From assembly GCA_049325335.1 (NCBI GenBank), contig JBMOMC010000045.1:82032-146031 (forward strand): a stretch of 64,000 bases of DNA, in the 5' to 3' direction. The number at the start of each line of letters is the position of its first letter. Position 1 is the first letter of the stretch. Positions 30,806 through 42,015 of the stretch are shown piece after piece. The stretch is from Nitrospirota bacterium. Lineage in GTDB: Bacteria; Nitrospirota; Nitrospiria; 2-01-FULL-66-17. Under the pieces are notes generated by a model. That model saw only the letters and a program-made list of their open reading frames with translations, was not told the origin of the DNA and made no database searches. A program made the translations under genes and the position numbers.

Positions 30806-31297
30806 TCACGCCACGCGGGGGGCTCCGACCACCGAATCCTCGCGGTGAGCGGATTCGGCGGCCAAGTCCAGACTCTTTTCAATCCCCCGAAGGAATCCTC
30901 GGAACTGCTCCACCAGTTCGATCTGTCGGCGACGCCAGGTAATGACCTCCTGCTCAATGTCATGACGTTCGTCGCGGGCTTTGCGCGTCAGCGAATCCGC
31001 CGCCACCTCCGCCTCCCGGATGCGGAGTTCGGCTTCACGCTGGGCATGCCGCTTCATGTCGTCAACCATACGTTCGGCCGACACTAATGTCTGATTGATC
31101 AACTCTTCCTTACGCTTGAGCTCTTCAAGGGCCGCCTCGAGCGCGGTAATCCGGTCCTTCGAGTCTCGGTTCTCTTTCATGAGCTCCTCGAACGTCTCCG
31201 ACAGGCTCGACACGAACGCATCGACCTCGTGACGATCGTACCCGCGGAACGCGCGACGGAACCCGATTTGCTGAATGTCGGCCGGTGTCACCTTCAT
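30806..31297 (-). CDS. divIVA: DivIVA domain protein
   Basis: TPADIQQIGFRRAFRGYDRHEVDAF followed by a coiled coil. Confidence 0.92.
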   Translation of the reverse strand: MKVTPADIQQIGFRRAFRGYDRHEVDAFVSSLSETFEELMKENRDSKDRITALEAALEELKRKEELINQTLVSAERMVDDMKRHAQREAELRIREAEVAADSLTRKARDERHDIEQEVITWRRRQIELVEQFRGFLRGIEKSLDLAAESAHREDSVVGAPRVA

Positions 31298-31396
31298 AAG
31301 TATTGCCCTCCGTTGTTCATGTCCGGCCCGGTCCGTCCGCCAACGGACATCATGAGCCAGCGTACTCGCTAGGAACCCGTCCGAGCAAGCCCAGTT

Positions 31397-31541
31397 GGAG
31401 CCTGTTCAGGGAAGGCCAGATGCCAGGCGGAGGGAGGATCTTGCGCGCCTGTAGGGGCGTATGGCCATACGCCCCTACGATAACCGTGAGCACGCAAGAC
31501 CGACCGACAACGCCGCAGATGGCCTTTCATGGACAGGCTCC
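31397..31541. repeat. MITE-like inverted repeat, copy 2, with an internal GTAG-type REP palindrome
   Basis: Termini GGAGCCTGT...ACAGGCTCC; perfect 28-bp palindrome GTAGGGGCGTATGGCCATACGCCCCTAC at 31451-31478. Confidence 0.75.
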
Positions 31542-31840
31542 TAATGAAACTGCATCGCCGCCTGCCGCAGGCTCGCCACCAAGAACGACTGCAGGAAAAT
31601 AATGATGACGATGACGATCAATGGCGACAGGTCGATTCCCAGCCCGTACCCGCCCATAACCCGGCGAATCGGGTAAAATATCGGTTCGGTCACCTTGCGC
31701 AGAAACTGCACAATGGGGTTGTATGGGTCAGGATTGACCCACGACAGTAGGGCGGCGATGATCACCACCCACTTGTAAAACTCCAAGACCATGTCCAGCA
31801 CCGTGGCCACCGCCCCCAAAAAATTCCCCGCGACGAACAT
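31541..31840 (-). CDS. yggT: YggT family membrane protein
   Basis: Motifs LLSWVNPDPYNPIV, TEP and IDLSP. Confidence 0.93.
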   Translation of the reverse strand: MFVAGNFLGAVATVLDMVLEFYKWVVIIAALLSWVNPDPYNPIVQFLRKVTEPIFYPIRRVMGGYGLGIDLSPLIVIVIIIFLQSFLVASLRQAAMQFH

Positions 31841-31849
31841 CCGCCTCCC

Positions 31850-32596
31850 TCAGACCTCGCCTATGACGCGTTCCGATTGAACGCCAACCGGAGTTCGGGC
31901 GCCGAAAATCGCGGTCCCGACCCGCACCATCGTCGCGCCTTCCTGCACCGCGATCTCAAAATCGTGACTCATCCCCATCGAGTATTCGAGGCGACGCTCG
32001 TCACCGCGCGACCCGCGCAGGCGATCGCCCAGGCGGCACAGTTCCCGAAAATATGGCCGTGCCATTTCCGGATCATCACCCGCCGGAGGAATCGCCATCA
32101 ACCCGTCGATTCGGAGATGGCGGCATGGCGCGAGTCCGCTCCACAAGGGCTCCAGGTCCGAGGGCGCCACGCCGCCTTTCTGCGGCTCGCGACCGATGTT
32201 CACTTGGAGGAGCACGCGCTGGACGATCCCGGCCCGCGCCGCGACGTCGTCGATCGCGAGCCCCAGCCGGACGCTGTCCACCGATTGAATGAGAAAAAAC
32301 CGCCCGACGGCGGCGCGAACCTTGTTGGTCTGCAAGCGGCCGATGAGGTGCCACGACCAATCGCCGACGCCTTGGTCCCCGAGAACGGTCATCTTGTCGA
32401 TCGCTTCGTGAACGCGATTCTCACCGAAGTCGGAGAGCCCGGCGGCCGCGGCGGCGCGAATCGCGTCGAGACCGATCCCTTTGGACACGCCGATCAACCG
32501 CAGGTCATCCGGATCACGCCCGGCACCCGCCGCGGCGCGCGCAATCCGCGAACGAACGTCCGCAAGGCGCTCGGCAACGGTCTCCGTCGCCATCAT
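31850..32596 (-). CDS. yggS: PLP homeostasis protein
   Basis: Motifs GVSK, FGENR, WHLIGRLQTNK, SMGMSHD and VRVGTAIFG. Confidence 0.95.
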   Translation of the reverse strand: MMATETVAERLADVRSRIARAAAGAGRDPDDLRLIGVSKGIGLDAIRAAAAAGLSDFGENRVHEAIDKMTVLGDQGVGDWSWHLIGRLQTNKVRAAVGRFFLIQSVDSVRLGLAIDDVAARAGIVQRVLLQVNIGREPQKGGVAPSDLEPLWSGLAPCRHLRIDGLMAIPPAGDDPEMARPYFRELCRLGDRLRGSRGDERRLEYSMGMSHDFEIAVQEGATMVRVGTAIFGARTPVGVQSERVIGEV

Positions 32597-33327
32597 GCAC
32601 GCGGTCCGACGCGCACCGCGCTCAACATGCCCGGCGGCCGTCGCCCTTCCCGACGATACGACGAAAACCGCGACGGATCGCACCGGGTACACAGTCCCAG
32701 CGCGGTCACGCGCGTCGACTGCAAACCCGCCTCCTCCAACTGCCATCGGACGAACGCGCCCAGATCGACGTACCCCTTGTCCCCGGATCGTCGCGCGAGC
32801 CAGCGTTCCCACCCCGGGATCTTGGACAACGGATCCAGCACCGCGTGCCCCACTTCGAAACAACAGGCCCCGATGTGCGGACCGATCGCGGCGTCGATCC
32901 GCGACGGGTCGGCCCCGAAACGGGCCGTCAACGTTCGCACCGCGGCCGGCGCGACCCCCATGAGCGCCCCGCGCCACCCCGCGTGCACCGCGGCCGCGGC
33001 GCGGGCAACCGGATCGTGCAACAGGAGCGGCACGCAATCCGCGGTGGTCACGCCGACCCAGCAATCCGATCGATCGGTAGCCACGCCGTCGGCATCGGCC
33101 GACGCAACCTCGGCCTGCCACCGCGGGGCGTCGTGTTCCCCGGACGGCACAACCAACACCCCGTCCTTATGCACCTGTCGCGCGGTGAGGACGGGCGCGC
33201 CTCCGATCGACCGCACGGCGGAAGCCGGAAAGCGCCGGGTGCCGAACCGGTGCGGCGCGGAGAAGCGGTCCAGGACGATCCACTCCCCGTCCGGCCCGGT
33301 TTCGACGCGATGCGCAGCGATCGACAC
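32593..33327 (-). CDS. pgeF: Purine nucleoside phosphorylase / peptidoglycan editing factor PgeF (YfiH)
   Basis: Motifs QVH, TADCVP, HAGWRG and IGPHIGACCFEVG. Confidence 0.93.
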   Translation of the reverse strand: MSIAAHRVETGPDGEWIVLDRFSAPHRFGTRRFPASAVRSIGGAPVLTARQVHKDGVLVVPSGEHDAPRWQAEVASADADGVATDRSDCWVGVTTADCVPLLLHDPVARAAAAVHAGWRGALMGVAPAAVRTLTARFGADPSRIDAAIGPHIGACCFEVGHAVLDPLSKIPGWERWLARRSGDKGYVDLGAFVRWQLEEAGLQSTRVTALGLCTRCDPSRFSSYRREGRRPPGMLSAVRVGPRA

Positions 33328-33330
33328 GCG

Positions 33331-34494
33331 TTAGTCCAATTGTTTGCGAAGGAAGGTCGGCACGTCCCACTCGTCCTCGGTTAACCCGTCTCGCGATTTC
33401 ACCCCGCTCGATTTGCGAAGCGGCGGAATCGCCTCGATCGACAACGTGCGGGACGACGCCGAGACGATCGGTCCGGTCATGGGCGCGAGCACGCCCCCGT
33501 CGCCCGCGGGGCGCGCGGTCGGCGCCGTGGGCGGCGCGTCGAACCCGGTGGCGATGACGGTGACCAGAATGTCCTCTCCCATCTGCTCGTTGACCACGGA
33601 TCCGAAAATGATGTTGGCGTCCTGGTCCGCGGCCTCCTGGATAATGGAGGAGGCTTCGGTGACCTCATGCAACGACAGGTCGGCACCGCCCGTGATATTG
33701 ATCAACACGCCGCGCGCGCCCTGGATGGAGCCGTCTTCCAGCAACGGGCTCGCGATCGCGCGCTGGGCGGCTTCCACCGCGCGGTGTTCGCCGCGGGCCC
33801 GACCCATGCCCATCACGGCCCGACCCATATGCGTCATGATCGCCCTCACGTCGGCGAAATCCACGTTCACCAAGCCGGGCACCGTGATCACCTCGGAGAT
33901 TCCCTGCACTGCTTGGCGCAAGATATCATCGGCGACCGCGAACGCGCGTGTCAAGGGCGTGCCCTTTTCCACCACGCTCAACAACCGCTGATTCGGAATG
34001 ACCAGCATCGTGTCGCACGACGAGCGCAATTCGCGTACGCCGTCCTCGGCCTGGCGCATCCGGCGCGCCCCCTCGAACGTGAACGGCTTGGTCACCACCG
34101 CCACGGTTAATGCGCCCGCTTCCTTGGCAATGCCCGCGATCACCGGCGCGGCGCCGGTCCCGGTCCCCCCGCCCATGCCCGCGGTGATGAACACCATGTC
34201 CGCGCCGGAGAGAATTTCGCGGATGCGTTCGGTGTCCTCCAACGCCGCGTCGCGTCCCACTTGCGGGTTGGCGCCGGCGCCGAGCCCCTTGGTCAGGCGA
34301 GTGCCCAACTGGATCTTGGTGCCGGCCGGGGACGAGCGCAACACTTGGAGATCGGTGTTGGCCACCACGAACTCCACCTGCCCCAATCCGCCCGCGATCA
34401 TGGTCGAAATCGCGTTGCACCCTCCGCCTCCGACCCCCATCACGATGATACGCGCGGGCATCCGTTCCTGCGTCTCGTCATCGAATAGAAACAT
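33331..34494 (-). CDS. ftsZ: Cell division protein FtsZ
   Basis: Motifs [16 protein letters not shown] and C-terminal DVPTFLRKQ. Confidence 0.99.
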   Translation of the reverse strand: MFLFDDETQERMPARIIVMGVGGGGCNAISTMIAGGLGQVEFVVANTDLQVLRSSPAGTKIQLGTRLTKGLGAGANPQVGRDAALEDTERIREILSGADMVFITAGMGGGTGTGAAPVIAGIAKEAGALTVAVVTKPFTFEGARRMRQAEDGVRELRSSCDTMLVIPNQRLLSVVEKGTPLTRAFAVADDILRQAVQGISEVITVPGLVNVDFADVRAIMTHMGRAVMGMGRARGEHRAVEAAQRAIASPLLEDGSIQGARGVLINITGGADLSLHEVTEASSIIQEAADQDANIIFGSVVNEQMGEDILVTVIATGFDAPPTAPTARPAGDGGVLAPMTGPIVSASSRTLSIEAIPPLRKSSGVKSRDGLTEDEWDVPTFLRKQLD

Positions 34495-34526
34495 GCCGGC
34501 TCCCTCCTTGATTATTGGGACTCACC

Positions 34527-35774
34527 CTAAAAAAATTCCTGCGCCCAGTCCTTCATTTTCCTCACCACGCGTTGCCACCCTCCGCCCCCGTTGCGCGAGG
34601 CGCGGGTGGGTTCGCGGTGTTTGGCTCCATAGAGGATCAGCCCGACGCCGGTCGCGTACATCGGACTGTTGACGATATCGACCACCCCGCCCACGTCGGT
34701 GGGAGACCCGCGTCGGACCGGCAGGTTCATCACCCGCTCGGCCAGCTCCGGCATCCCGTCGAGGATCGACGTCCCGCCGGTGATGACCACGCCCGCCGCC
34801 ACCCGGTCCTCGTACCCCATCTTGCGCAGTTCCTGCGCCACCAACGAAAACATTTCTTCAGCGCGCGGCTCGATGATTTCGGACAAGAGTTGCCGCGAGA
34901 GCACGCGGGGCGGGCGGCCGCCCATGCTGGGGACCTCGATGGTCTCGTGGTCGCGCACCATGGCGGTCGACGCGCAGCCGTACCGGATCTTGATCTTTTC
35001 CGCCTCGTACGCCGGGGTACGTAGCCCGACCGCGATGTCGTTGGTCAGGTGATTGCCGCCGATCCCCAACACCGCGGTGTGCCACACGCCGTTGTCCACG
35101 ATCGTGGCCAGGTCGGTGGTGCCGCCCCCGATATCCACCATCGCCACCCCCAGCTCCCGCTCCTCCGCGGTGAGCACGGCCTCGCTGGAGGCCAGCGGCT
35201 GCAGGATGAGGTCGATGACCTCCAATCCCGCGCGGTTGATCGAGCGCACGATGTTCTGCGCCGAGGTCACCGCGCCGGTGATGATATGGACCTCCACTTC
35301 GAGACGCGTCCCGAACATCCCGGTGGGGTCTTTGATGCCCTCTTGATCGTCCACCGCGAACCCGCGCGGCAACACGTGGAGGATTTCGCGATCCATCGGG
35401 ATGGCCACGGCCTTGGCCGCCTCCACCACGCGTTTGACGTCCGCCGCGGTCACCTCGCGGTTTCGAATCGCGATCACGCCCCGGCTGCTGAAGCCCTTGA
35501 TGTGCGAGCCCGCGATGCCGGTGTACACCGAATTAATCTCCACCCCGGCCATGAGTTCGGCTTCTTCCACCGCTTTTTTGATCGACTCGATCGTGCTCTC
35601 GACGTTGACCACGACGCCCTTGCGGAGCCCGCGGGACGGATGGGTGCCGATCCCGATGATCTTAACGTGCGGACGCTCGCCGGGGAGCGCCCCTTCGGAC
35701 ACCTCCCCCACGATGGCGCAGATCTTCGTCGTTCCCACGTCCAACCCGACGATTATCTGGTCGCGTTTCGCCAT
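34527..35774 (-). CDS. ftsA: Cell division protein FtsA
   Basis: Motifs GLDVGTTKI and DIGGGTTD; C-terminal amphipathic helix. Confidence 0.98.
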   Translation of the reverse strand: MAKRDQIIVGLDVGTTKICAIVGEVSEGALPGERPHVKIIGIGTHPSRGLRKGVVVNVESTIESIKKAVEEAELMAGVEINSVYTGIAGSHIKGFSSRGVIAIRNREVTAADVKRVVEAAKAVAIPMDREILHVLPRGFAVDDQEGIKDPTGMFGTRLEVEVHIITGAVTSAQNIVRSINRAGLEVIDLILQPLASSEAVLTAEERELGVAMVDIGGGTTDLATIVDNGVWHTAVLGIGGNHLTNDIAVGLRTPAYEAEKIKIRYGCASTAMVRDHETIEVPSMGGRPPRVLSRQLLSEIIEPRAEEMFSLVAQELRKMGYEDRVAAGVVITGGTSILDGMPELAERVMNLPVRRGSPTDVGGVVDIVNSPMYATGVGLILYGAKHREPTRASRNGGGGWQRVVRKMKDWAQEFF

Positions 35775-35822
35775 GTGTTTCCTCCTATCTCGGCGCCGGA
35801 TAATTCCCGGCTGTCTGCGGCT

Positions 35823-36566
35823 CTACAGCGCCCCCGACCACTCGCTGACCACCGCGCGATCCGAAAACCGCACATCCACCATTCGCGGGACCGCGGGGCC
35901 GGACGACGCGGCCTGGATCGCTTGCACGCGGCGCCACTTTTCGGCAAACCTGTCGCGACCGAACCGCACCCGCAGCGCGCCGGGCAATTCCACGATGGGA
36001 TCCTCGGGATGAGATACGTCGATAACCACCGACTCGATCGCGGCCAGCGACACAGCGGCGACGCGGAAGCCCGCCAAAATGTGCGCCGCGGCCGCCAATC
36101 CTTCCGGACGGACGATCGCGCCGCCCCGCACCACCGGGAACCCGCGGTCGATCGCGGTGGGCCCGATCACCAGGCCGTCCGCGTCCAGCAGCACCCGCCC
36201 GCGATCGGTGACGGCCACGGCGGCCGGCACCCGCTCCGTCACGTCGAGCACCACCGCGTGAGGAAATCGTTTGCGTACTGTCACGGCCCGAATCCACGAA
36301 CGGCCGTCGAGCCGCGACGCGATCTGTTCCCCGTCAAGATTCCACAACGACGCCCCCATCGGCACCGCGGCCCATTCGCGAACCTGGCGTTCCGTGAGCC
36401 GCACCGTACCCCGCACATCCACCTGTTCGATCGCGTCCAAGCCGCACAACCCGTCTCGTCCCTCGACCCAACATACGGCGTTCACCGTCCAGCCCGCGAT
36501 CACCACCCCCCCCGCGCACAGCACGACGGACCCCAGGAACCGGCGAACCCGGCCGCGACGCTTCAT
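35823..36566 (-). CDS. ftsQ: Cell division protein FtsQ
   Basis: TM plus POTRA (WIRAVTVRKRFPHAV..VTERVP) and VDVRF; between ddl and ftsA. Confidence 0.88.
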   Translation of the reverse strand: MKRRGRVRRFLGSVVLCAGGVVIAGWTVNAVCWVEGRDGLCGLDAIEQVDVRGTVRLTERQVREWAAVPMGASLWNLDGEQIASRLDGRSWIRAVTVRKRFPHAVVLDVTERVPAAVAVTDRGRVLLDADGLVIGPTAIDRGFPVVRGGAIVRPEGLAAAAHILAGFRVAAVSLAAIESVVIDVSHPEDPIVELPGALRVRFGRDRFAEKWRRVQAIQAASSGPAVPRMVDVRFSDRAVVSEWSGAL

Positions 36567-37471
36567 CCCGCGCGCTCCCATGCCCGGCGCACGATCTCGG
36601 CCACCAACTCGTCGAACGACAAGCCCGCCCCGCGCGCGATGTCCGGCAACAAACTGGTCTCGGTCAACCCGGGCAAGGTATTGACCTCCAACACGTAGGG
36701 TGTTCCGGCTTGGTCCACCAGGCAGTCCACCCGTCCGTAGCCCTGCGCGCGCACGGCCCGAAACGCGGACAACCCCGCGTCCAAGGTCCGTTGCATCACG
36801 TCCGGCGGCAACGTGGCCGGGAAAATGTGCTCGGACATGCCCGGCGTGTATTTCGCGGTGTAATCGTAAAACGCGGTTTTGGAACGGATCTCGATCGCGC
36901 CCAGCGCCCGGTCCCCCAGAATCCCGATCTGCACTTCCTTGCCCGCGATGTAGGACTCGATGAGCACGCGCCGGTCGTACCGAAACGCCTCGGCGATCGC
37001 GGCCGGCAACTCCTCGGCCCGCGGCACCAGGCTCACGCCCACGCTCGATCCTTCGCTGTTGGGTTTGACCACCACGGGAAACGGAAACGGCAGCGCCGGC
37101 GGCGTCGGCTCCGTCAGCAGCACGTATCGCGGCACGGGCAGGCCCGCGGCCGCGAACAGGGTCCGGGAAATCAGCTTGTCCATGCCCAACGCGCTTGCCA
37201 ACACGCCCGATCCGGTGTAGGGAATGCCCAACATTTCCAGCAGGCCTTGGATCGTGCCGTCCTCGCCGCGGCGGCCGTGCAGCGCGATGAACGCCAAGCC
37301 CACGCGTTCGCGGGCCAAGCGATCGACCACGGTCGCGTCCACGTCGATGCCCACCGCGTCGATGCGCAGGCGGCGCAACGCGCCCAGCACGGCCTCACCC
37401 GAGCGGAGCGAGACCTCGCGCTCCGCCGAGGTCCCGCCCATCAACACGCCGACCCGCACCGCGATCGTCAT
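36563..37471 (-). CDS. ddl: D-Ala-D-Ala ligase
   Basis: Motifs GGTSAEREVSL, HGRRGEDG, YDYTAKY and EVNTLPG. Confidence 0.97.
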   Translation of the reverse strand: MTIAVRVGVLMGGTSAEREVSLRSGEAVLGALRRLRIDAVGIDVDATVVDRLARERVGLAFIALHGRRGEDGTIQGLLEMLGIPYTGSGVLASALGMDKLISRTLFAAAGLPVPRYVLLTEPTPPALPFPFPVVVKPNSEGSSVGVSLVPRAEELPAAIAEAFRYDRRVLIESYIAGKEVQIGILGDRALGAIEIRSKTAFYDYTAKYTPGMSEHIFPATLPPDVMQRTLDAGLSAFRAVRAQGYGRVDCLVDQAGTPYVLEVNTLPGLTETSLLPDIARGAGLSFDELVAEIVRRAWERAG

Positions 37472-38385
37472 CCGCGCCCCACCAACCTGACTTCCAACTC
37501 CAACGTCACCCCCTGCTCCCGTTCGATCCGGCCGCCCACGTGACGGATCAAGGCGGTCAGGTCCTTGGCCGTGCCGTCGCCCAGGTTCACCATGAAGTTG
37601 GCGTGCCGCTCCGACACCTGGATCCCCCCGATGCGATATCCCTTCAGCCCCGCGTGGTCGATGAGTTGTCCCGCGGACCGCCCCGGCGGGTTTTTGAAAA
37701 TACACCCCGCGTTGGGCAGGTTAAGCGGTTGCGTGCGCCGCCGATACTCCAAGATGGCCTGCATCCGCGCGTCGATGGCGTCGGGATCGTCTGGCCTCAA
37801 CGCCACCGTTCCTCCCAGTAACACGCCGGACGGGAGGTGCGACTCGCGGTAGCGAAACCCGAGCTTGGCCGCGGGAATCTCGACGACATCGCCCTCCCGC
37901 GTCATCAGCCGAACGCTCTCCAACACGTCGGCGATCTCGCCGTCGCGCGTGCCCGCGTTCATCACGATCGCGCCCCCCACGGTGCCCGGAATCCCGCAGG
38001 CAAATTCGAGCCCGGACAATCCCGCGTCCTTCGCCGCATGCGCCAGCGTCGGGAACAACCCGCCGGATTCCGCGTACAATCGGTTCGCGCCCGCGGGGCG
38101 GATCGCCTTGAGCGCGGAAAGCCGCAGCACCACGCCGGCCACGCCGCGGTCGCGCACCACGACATTGGTGCCGCCCAACACCATCACGGGCGCGCGCGCC
38201 GCGCGCGCGCCCAGCACCGCCGCGCGCAGATCCTCTTCGTCCGCGGGAATGACCAACGCGTCGGCCGGCCCGCCGACCTTCATCGACGTGTATTTGGCCA
38301 GCGGCTCATCGAACCGCACCTCGCCGCGAACCCCGGCCAAGGCCTCACGCAACGTCGGTCTGGCCGCAACGGCCGCGCGCGTCAT
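37468..38385 (-). CDS. murB: UDP-N-acetylmuramate dehydrogenase
   Basis: Motifs [19 protein letters not shown] and HANF. Confidence 0.96.
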   Translation of the reverse strand: MTRAAVAARPTLREALAGVRGEVRFDEPLAKYTSMKVGGPADALVIPADEEDLRAAVLGARAARAPVMVLGGTNVVVRDRGVAGVVLRLSALKAIRPAGANRLYAESGGLFPTLAHAAKDAGLSGLEFACGIPGTVGGAIVMNAGTRDGEIADVLESVRLMTREGDVVEIPAAKLGFRYRESHLPSGVLLGGTVALRPDDPDAIDARMQAILEYRRRTQPLNLPNAGCIFKNPPGRSAGQLIDHAGLKGYRIGGIQVSERHANFMVNLGDGTAKDLTALIRHVGGRIEREQGVTLELEVRLVGRG

Positions 38386-39746
38386 ATTCTCTCCAACAAA
38401 GCGGGTCCCGCTTTCCACACGTCCCCCGCGCCCAGCGTAATCACCATGTCGCCCGGCTGCGCCACCTGCGCCACGCGCTCCACCGCCGAGGCGCGGTTCT
38501 CCACCCAGGACGCGTCGCGGTGCCCGTGTTCGCGGATGCCCGCCACCAACGCCTGCGAGTTGACGCCCTTGATCGGCGGCTCGCCCGCCGCGTACACGTC
38601 GAGCACCAGCAACACGTCGGCCTGATAAAACGCGGTGCAAAAGTCCGCGAACAGATCGCGCGTCCGGGAATACCGGTGGGGCTGAAAAAGCACGATCACG
38701 CGCCGTCCCCAGCCCTCCTTCGCGGCTGCGAGCGTGGCCCGGATCTCGGTCGGATGGTGGCCGTAGTCGTCGACCACGAGCACGCCGCCGCGTTCGCCGC
38801 GGATTTGAAACCGACGCTCCACGCCCGAGAACTGCGCCAAGCCTTCCCGGATCGCGTCCACCGGCAGGTCCAACTCCAGCCCCACCAGGATCGCGGCCAT
38901 GGCGTTGGACACGTTGTGCGTCCCCGGCGCGCTGAGCGAGAATCGGCCCAAATCCGACGAGCCCAACCGGGCGTGAAACTCCGCGCCCTTTTCGCTCAAC
39001 CGGATCGAGGTGGCGGTCAGATCCGCCTGCGGGCTGCGGCCGTAGGTGCGGACTCGTTTCTCGATCTTGGGAATCAGGGCTTGCAGGTTCGGTTCATCCA
39101 GGCACAACACGGCCGCGCCGTAAAACGGCACCTTGTTCACGAAGTCCAGGAACGCGCGTTTGATCTCGTCGAATTCCTTGTAGTGGTCCAAGTGTTCGCG
39201 ATCGATGTTGGTCACCACCGCGATCGTGGGCGAGAGCTTGAGGAACGAGCCGTCGCTCTCGTCCGCCTCCGCCACCAAGAACTCGCCCTGCCCCAGTTTG
39301 GCGTGCCCGCCGAACCGGTTGAGTTTGCCCCCGATCACCGCGGTGGGATCCAGCCCCCCGTGCGCGAGCACGGTGGCGATCATGGACGTGGTCGTGGTTT
39401 TACCGTGGGCGCCCGCCACCGCGATCCCGTATTTGAGCCGCATGAGCTCGGCCAACATTTCCGCGCGCGGGATCACCGGGATCATGCGCGCACGCGCGGC
39501 CGCGACCTCCACGTTGCTCGGCGCAACCGCGGACGAGATCACCACGACCTGCGCGCCCTCGACCTGCTCTGCGCGGTGCCCGATGTACACCGTCCCGCCC
39601 AACGACTCCAAACGACGGGTCACGTCGGAGGCCGCAAGGTCGGACCCGGTCACGCGATACCCGAGCGTGAGCAGCACCTCCGCGATCCCGCTCATCCCGG
39701 ACCCGCCGATGCCCACGAAGTGCAGCCGCTGGATCTTCTTAAACAC
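38382..39746 (-). CDS. murC: UDP-MurNAc-L-Ala ligase
   Basis: Motifs [23 protein letters not shown] and DDYGHHP. Confidence 0.98.
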   Translation of the reverse strand: MFKKIQRLHFVGIGGSGMSGIAEVLLTLGYRVTGSDLAASDVTRRLESLGGTVYIGHRAEQVEGAQVVVISSAVAPSNVEVAAARARMIPVIPRAEMLAELMRLKYGIAVAGAHGKTTTTSMIATVLAHGGLDPTAVIGGKLNRFGGHAKLGQGEFLVAEADESDGSFLKLSPTIAVVTNIDREHLDHYKEFDEIKRAFLDFVNKVPFYGAAVLCLDEPNLQALIPKIEKRVRTYGRSPQADLTATSIRLSEKGAEFHARLGSSDLGRFSLSAPGTHNVSNAMAAILVGLELDLPVDAIREGLAQFSGVERRFQIRGERGGVLVVDDYGHHPTEIRATLAAAKEGWGRRVIVLFQPHRYSRTRDLFADFCTAFYQADVLLVLDVYAAGEPPIKGVNSQALVAGIREHGHRDASWVENRASAVERVAQVAQPGDMVITLGAGDVWKAGPALLERI

Positions 39747-39755
39747 CGATTGCCC

Positions 39756-40823
39756 TCATCGTTCCACCAACGCCAAACATGCGGCCGCGATGCGTTGGCC
39801 CGCGTCGGGCCGCCCCAAGCCGCGGCTGGCCGCGGCCATGCGCGTCAGACGCGGACGGTCCGCGAGCAGCCCCGCGATCACCTCCCCGAGCGCCGCGCCC
39901 GTCAGGTCGCGCTCCAATATCATGAGTCCGGCGCCCGCCGCCTCCACCGCGCGGGCGTTCTGTTCCTGGTGCCCGTGCGCCGCGTGCGGGTACGGGATCA
40001 AGATCGCCGGCCGTCCGCAGGCGGTCAGTTCCGCCACGGTGGTCGCGCCCGCGCGCGCCACCACCAACGCGGCGCGGGCGTAAGCCGCGCCCATGTCGTC
40101 CACGTACGGCGTCACCGCGGCCGCGACGCCCGACGCGTCGTAGGCCTGCTTGGTCTCGGCAAAATCCGCCTGACCGGTTTGATGCACGATCGACAGACCC
40201 GCGATCTTGGACAACGCGGGCAACGCGCCGACCACGGCGCGATTGATCGCCCGCGCGCCCTGGCTGCCCCCGAACACCAGGATCGACGGCGCATCCGGCA
40301 ACGCGGTTCGCCCCGCGGACACCACCGCCGGGCGGACCGGATTGCCCAACACCTCCACCCGCCCCCGGAACGCGGCCCGCGACTCCTCGAACGACGCCAC
40401 CACCAAGTCGGCGATCGGGGCCAGCCACCGGTTCGTCACGCCCGGCAGCACGTTCTGTTCCAGGAGCACGATCGTACGCCGCAAGAGCCTGGCCGCCGCA
40501 ATGGTCGGGCCCGCCGCGTAACCGCCCACGCCCACCACCAGATCGGGCCGAAACCGTCGGAGCACGGTGACCGCTTCCCGCAACGCCATGGGCAACCGCG
40601 CAATCGTGGCCGCCGCGCGCACGACCCCTCGTCCCACCAACCCTTGCACCCGAATCGTGGCCAATTCAAACCCTTCGCGCGGCACAACCCGAGCCTCCAA
40701 GCCGCGCTCGGTCCCGACAAAGAGCACGGACGAGCCGGGACGAGCCCGCACGAACTCGTGCGCCAGCGCGATCCCCGGATACACGTGCCCGCCGGTTCCG
40801 CCGCCCGCGATTACCACGCGCAT
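39756..40823 (-). CDS. murG: Lipid II GlcNAc transferase
   Basis: Motifs GGGTGGH, GNPVR, GGSQGA and HQEQNA. Confidence 0.97.
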   Translation of the reverse strand: MRVVIAGGGTGGHVYPGIALAHEFVRARPGSSVLFVGTERGLEARVVPREGFELATIRVQGLVGRGVVRAAATIARLPMALREAVTVLRRFRPDLVVGVGGYAAGPTIAAARLLRRTIVLLEQNVLPGVTNRWLAPIADLVVASFEESRAAFRGRVEVLGNPVRPAVVSAGRTALPDAPSILVFGGSQGARAINRAVVGALPALSKIAGLSIVHQTGQADFAETKQAYDASGVAAAVTPYVDDMGAAYARAALVVARAGATTVAELTACGRPAILIPYPHAAHGHQEQNARAVEAAGAGLMILERDLTGAALGEVIAGLLADRPRLTRMAAASRGLGRPDAGQRIAAACLALVER

Positions 40824-40857
40824 CCCGACGCTCCGTCGCGGAAACCGGTTAAGCGCC

Positions 40858-42015
40858 TCATCCCTTGATTCCCCGCTGTCGCGAGACATTGAACACGATC
40901 CCGACCGCAAACAGATTCGCGACCAACGACGAGCCCCCGTAACTCACCAACGGCAACGGAAGCCCCTTGGTCGGCAACATCCCCGTGGCCACCCCGATGT
41001 TCAGGGCCGCGGCCAACCCGATCGTGGTCGCCAACCCGAAGGCCAGCAAACGCCCGAACGGGTCCGCGGTCGCCAGCGCCACCCGCCACCCGCGCCACAA
41101 TAACACGGCGAACAACGCCAAAACCGCCAAGGTGCCCAACAACCCCAGTTCCTCCCCCACCACCGAATAAATAAAATCGGTATGCGGCTCCGGGAGGAAA
41201 AACAGTTTTTGCCGCCCTTCCCCCAGTCCGGCGCCGGTCGCCCCGCCGCCCCCGAACGCGAGCATGGACTGGATCACCTGAAAACCCGAATCGTTCGCGT
41301 CGCTCCACGGATCCAGAAACGCGGTCCACCGGCGGCGCCGATACGCCGTGCTCAACACCGCGTACGCCACCAGCGGAGCCGCGCACGCCGCCAAGGCGCC
41401 CAGGTGCGACAGACGCGCGCCCCCGAGCACGCACAACGCCGCGGTCACGGTCGCGAGCACCACGGCGTTCCCCAGATCCGGCTCCGCCAGAATCAATCCG
41501 ACGCCCACCCCGACGACCACGAGCAGCGGCGCCAGGGACTTGAACGACCGGATCGTCTCCTCCCGCTTCGCCAACATGTGCGCCGCGTAGACGATGAACA
41601 CGACCCGCGCGAACTCCGACGGCTGGATGGTGAACCCCGCCGCGCGCAGCCAGCGTCGCGACCCGTTGACCGACCACCCGGCCGCGAGCACCACGGCCAG
41701 GAGCGCGATCATGCCCAACGTGAGCGGCGCCACGACCCGACGCCACGTATGGTAATCGATCCGCGCACCCACACCGAACGCGGCCAGGCCCACCAAGGCC
41801 CATGCCGCTTGGCGGAACAGAAAGTACGTCGCGTCGCCGTACCGCGTGGTCGCGATCGCGGAACTGGCGCTGTAAATCATGACGAGCCCGATCACCACCA
41901 ACACCCCGGCCGTGAACGCCAACGCGTGGTCGCCGCGGCCCCACGCGCGAGGCGTCCAATACCCGCCGAACCACCCCCACCCGGCCGCGGCCGGACGAGA
42001 CGATCGCGCGTTCAC
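40858..42015 (-). CDS. ftsW: SEDS peptidoglycan polymerase FtsW
   Basis: Motifs RRW, QPSE, EPDLG, LPEPHTDFI and SYGGSS. Confidence 0.97.
   Translation of the reverse strand: MNARSSRPAAAGWGWFGGYWTPRAWGRGDHALAFTAGVLVVIGLVMIYSASSAIATTRYGDATYFLFRQAAWALVGLAAFGVGARIDYHTWRRVVAPLTLGMIALLAVVLAAGWSVNGSRRWLRAAGFTIQPSEFARVVFIVYAAHMLAKREETIRSFKSLAPLLVVVGVGVGLILAEPDLGNAVVLATVTAALCVLGGARLSHLGALAACAAPLVAYAVLSTAYRRRRWTAFLDPWSDANDSGFQVIQSMLAFGGGGATGAGLGEGRQKLFFLPEPHTDFIYSVVGEELGLLGTLAVLALFAVLLWRGWRVALATADPFGRLLAFGLATTIGLAAALNIGVATGMLPTKGLPLPLVSYGGSSLVANLFAVGIVFNVSRQRGIKG

Noticed and set aside
30806..33327. divIVA, yggT, yggS and pgeF after ftsZ in a diderm
   Set aside because: A known arrangement in several diderm phyla; not novel.
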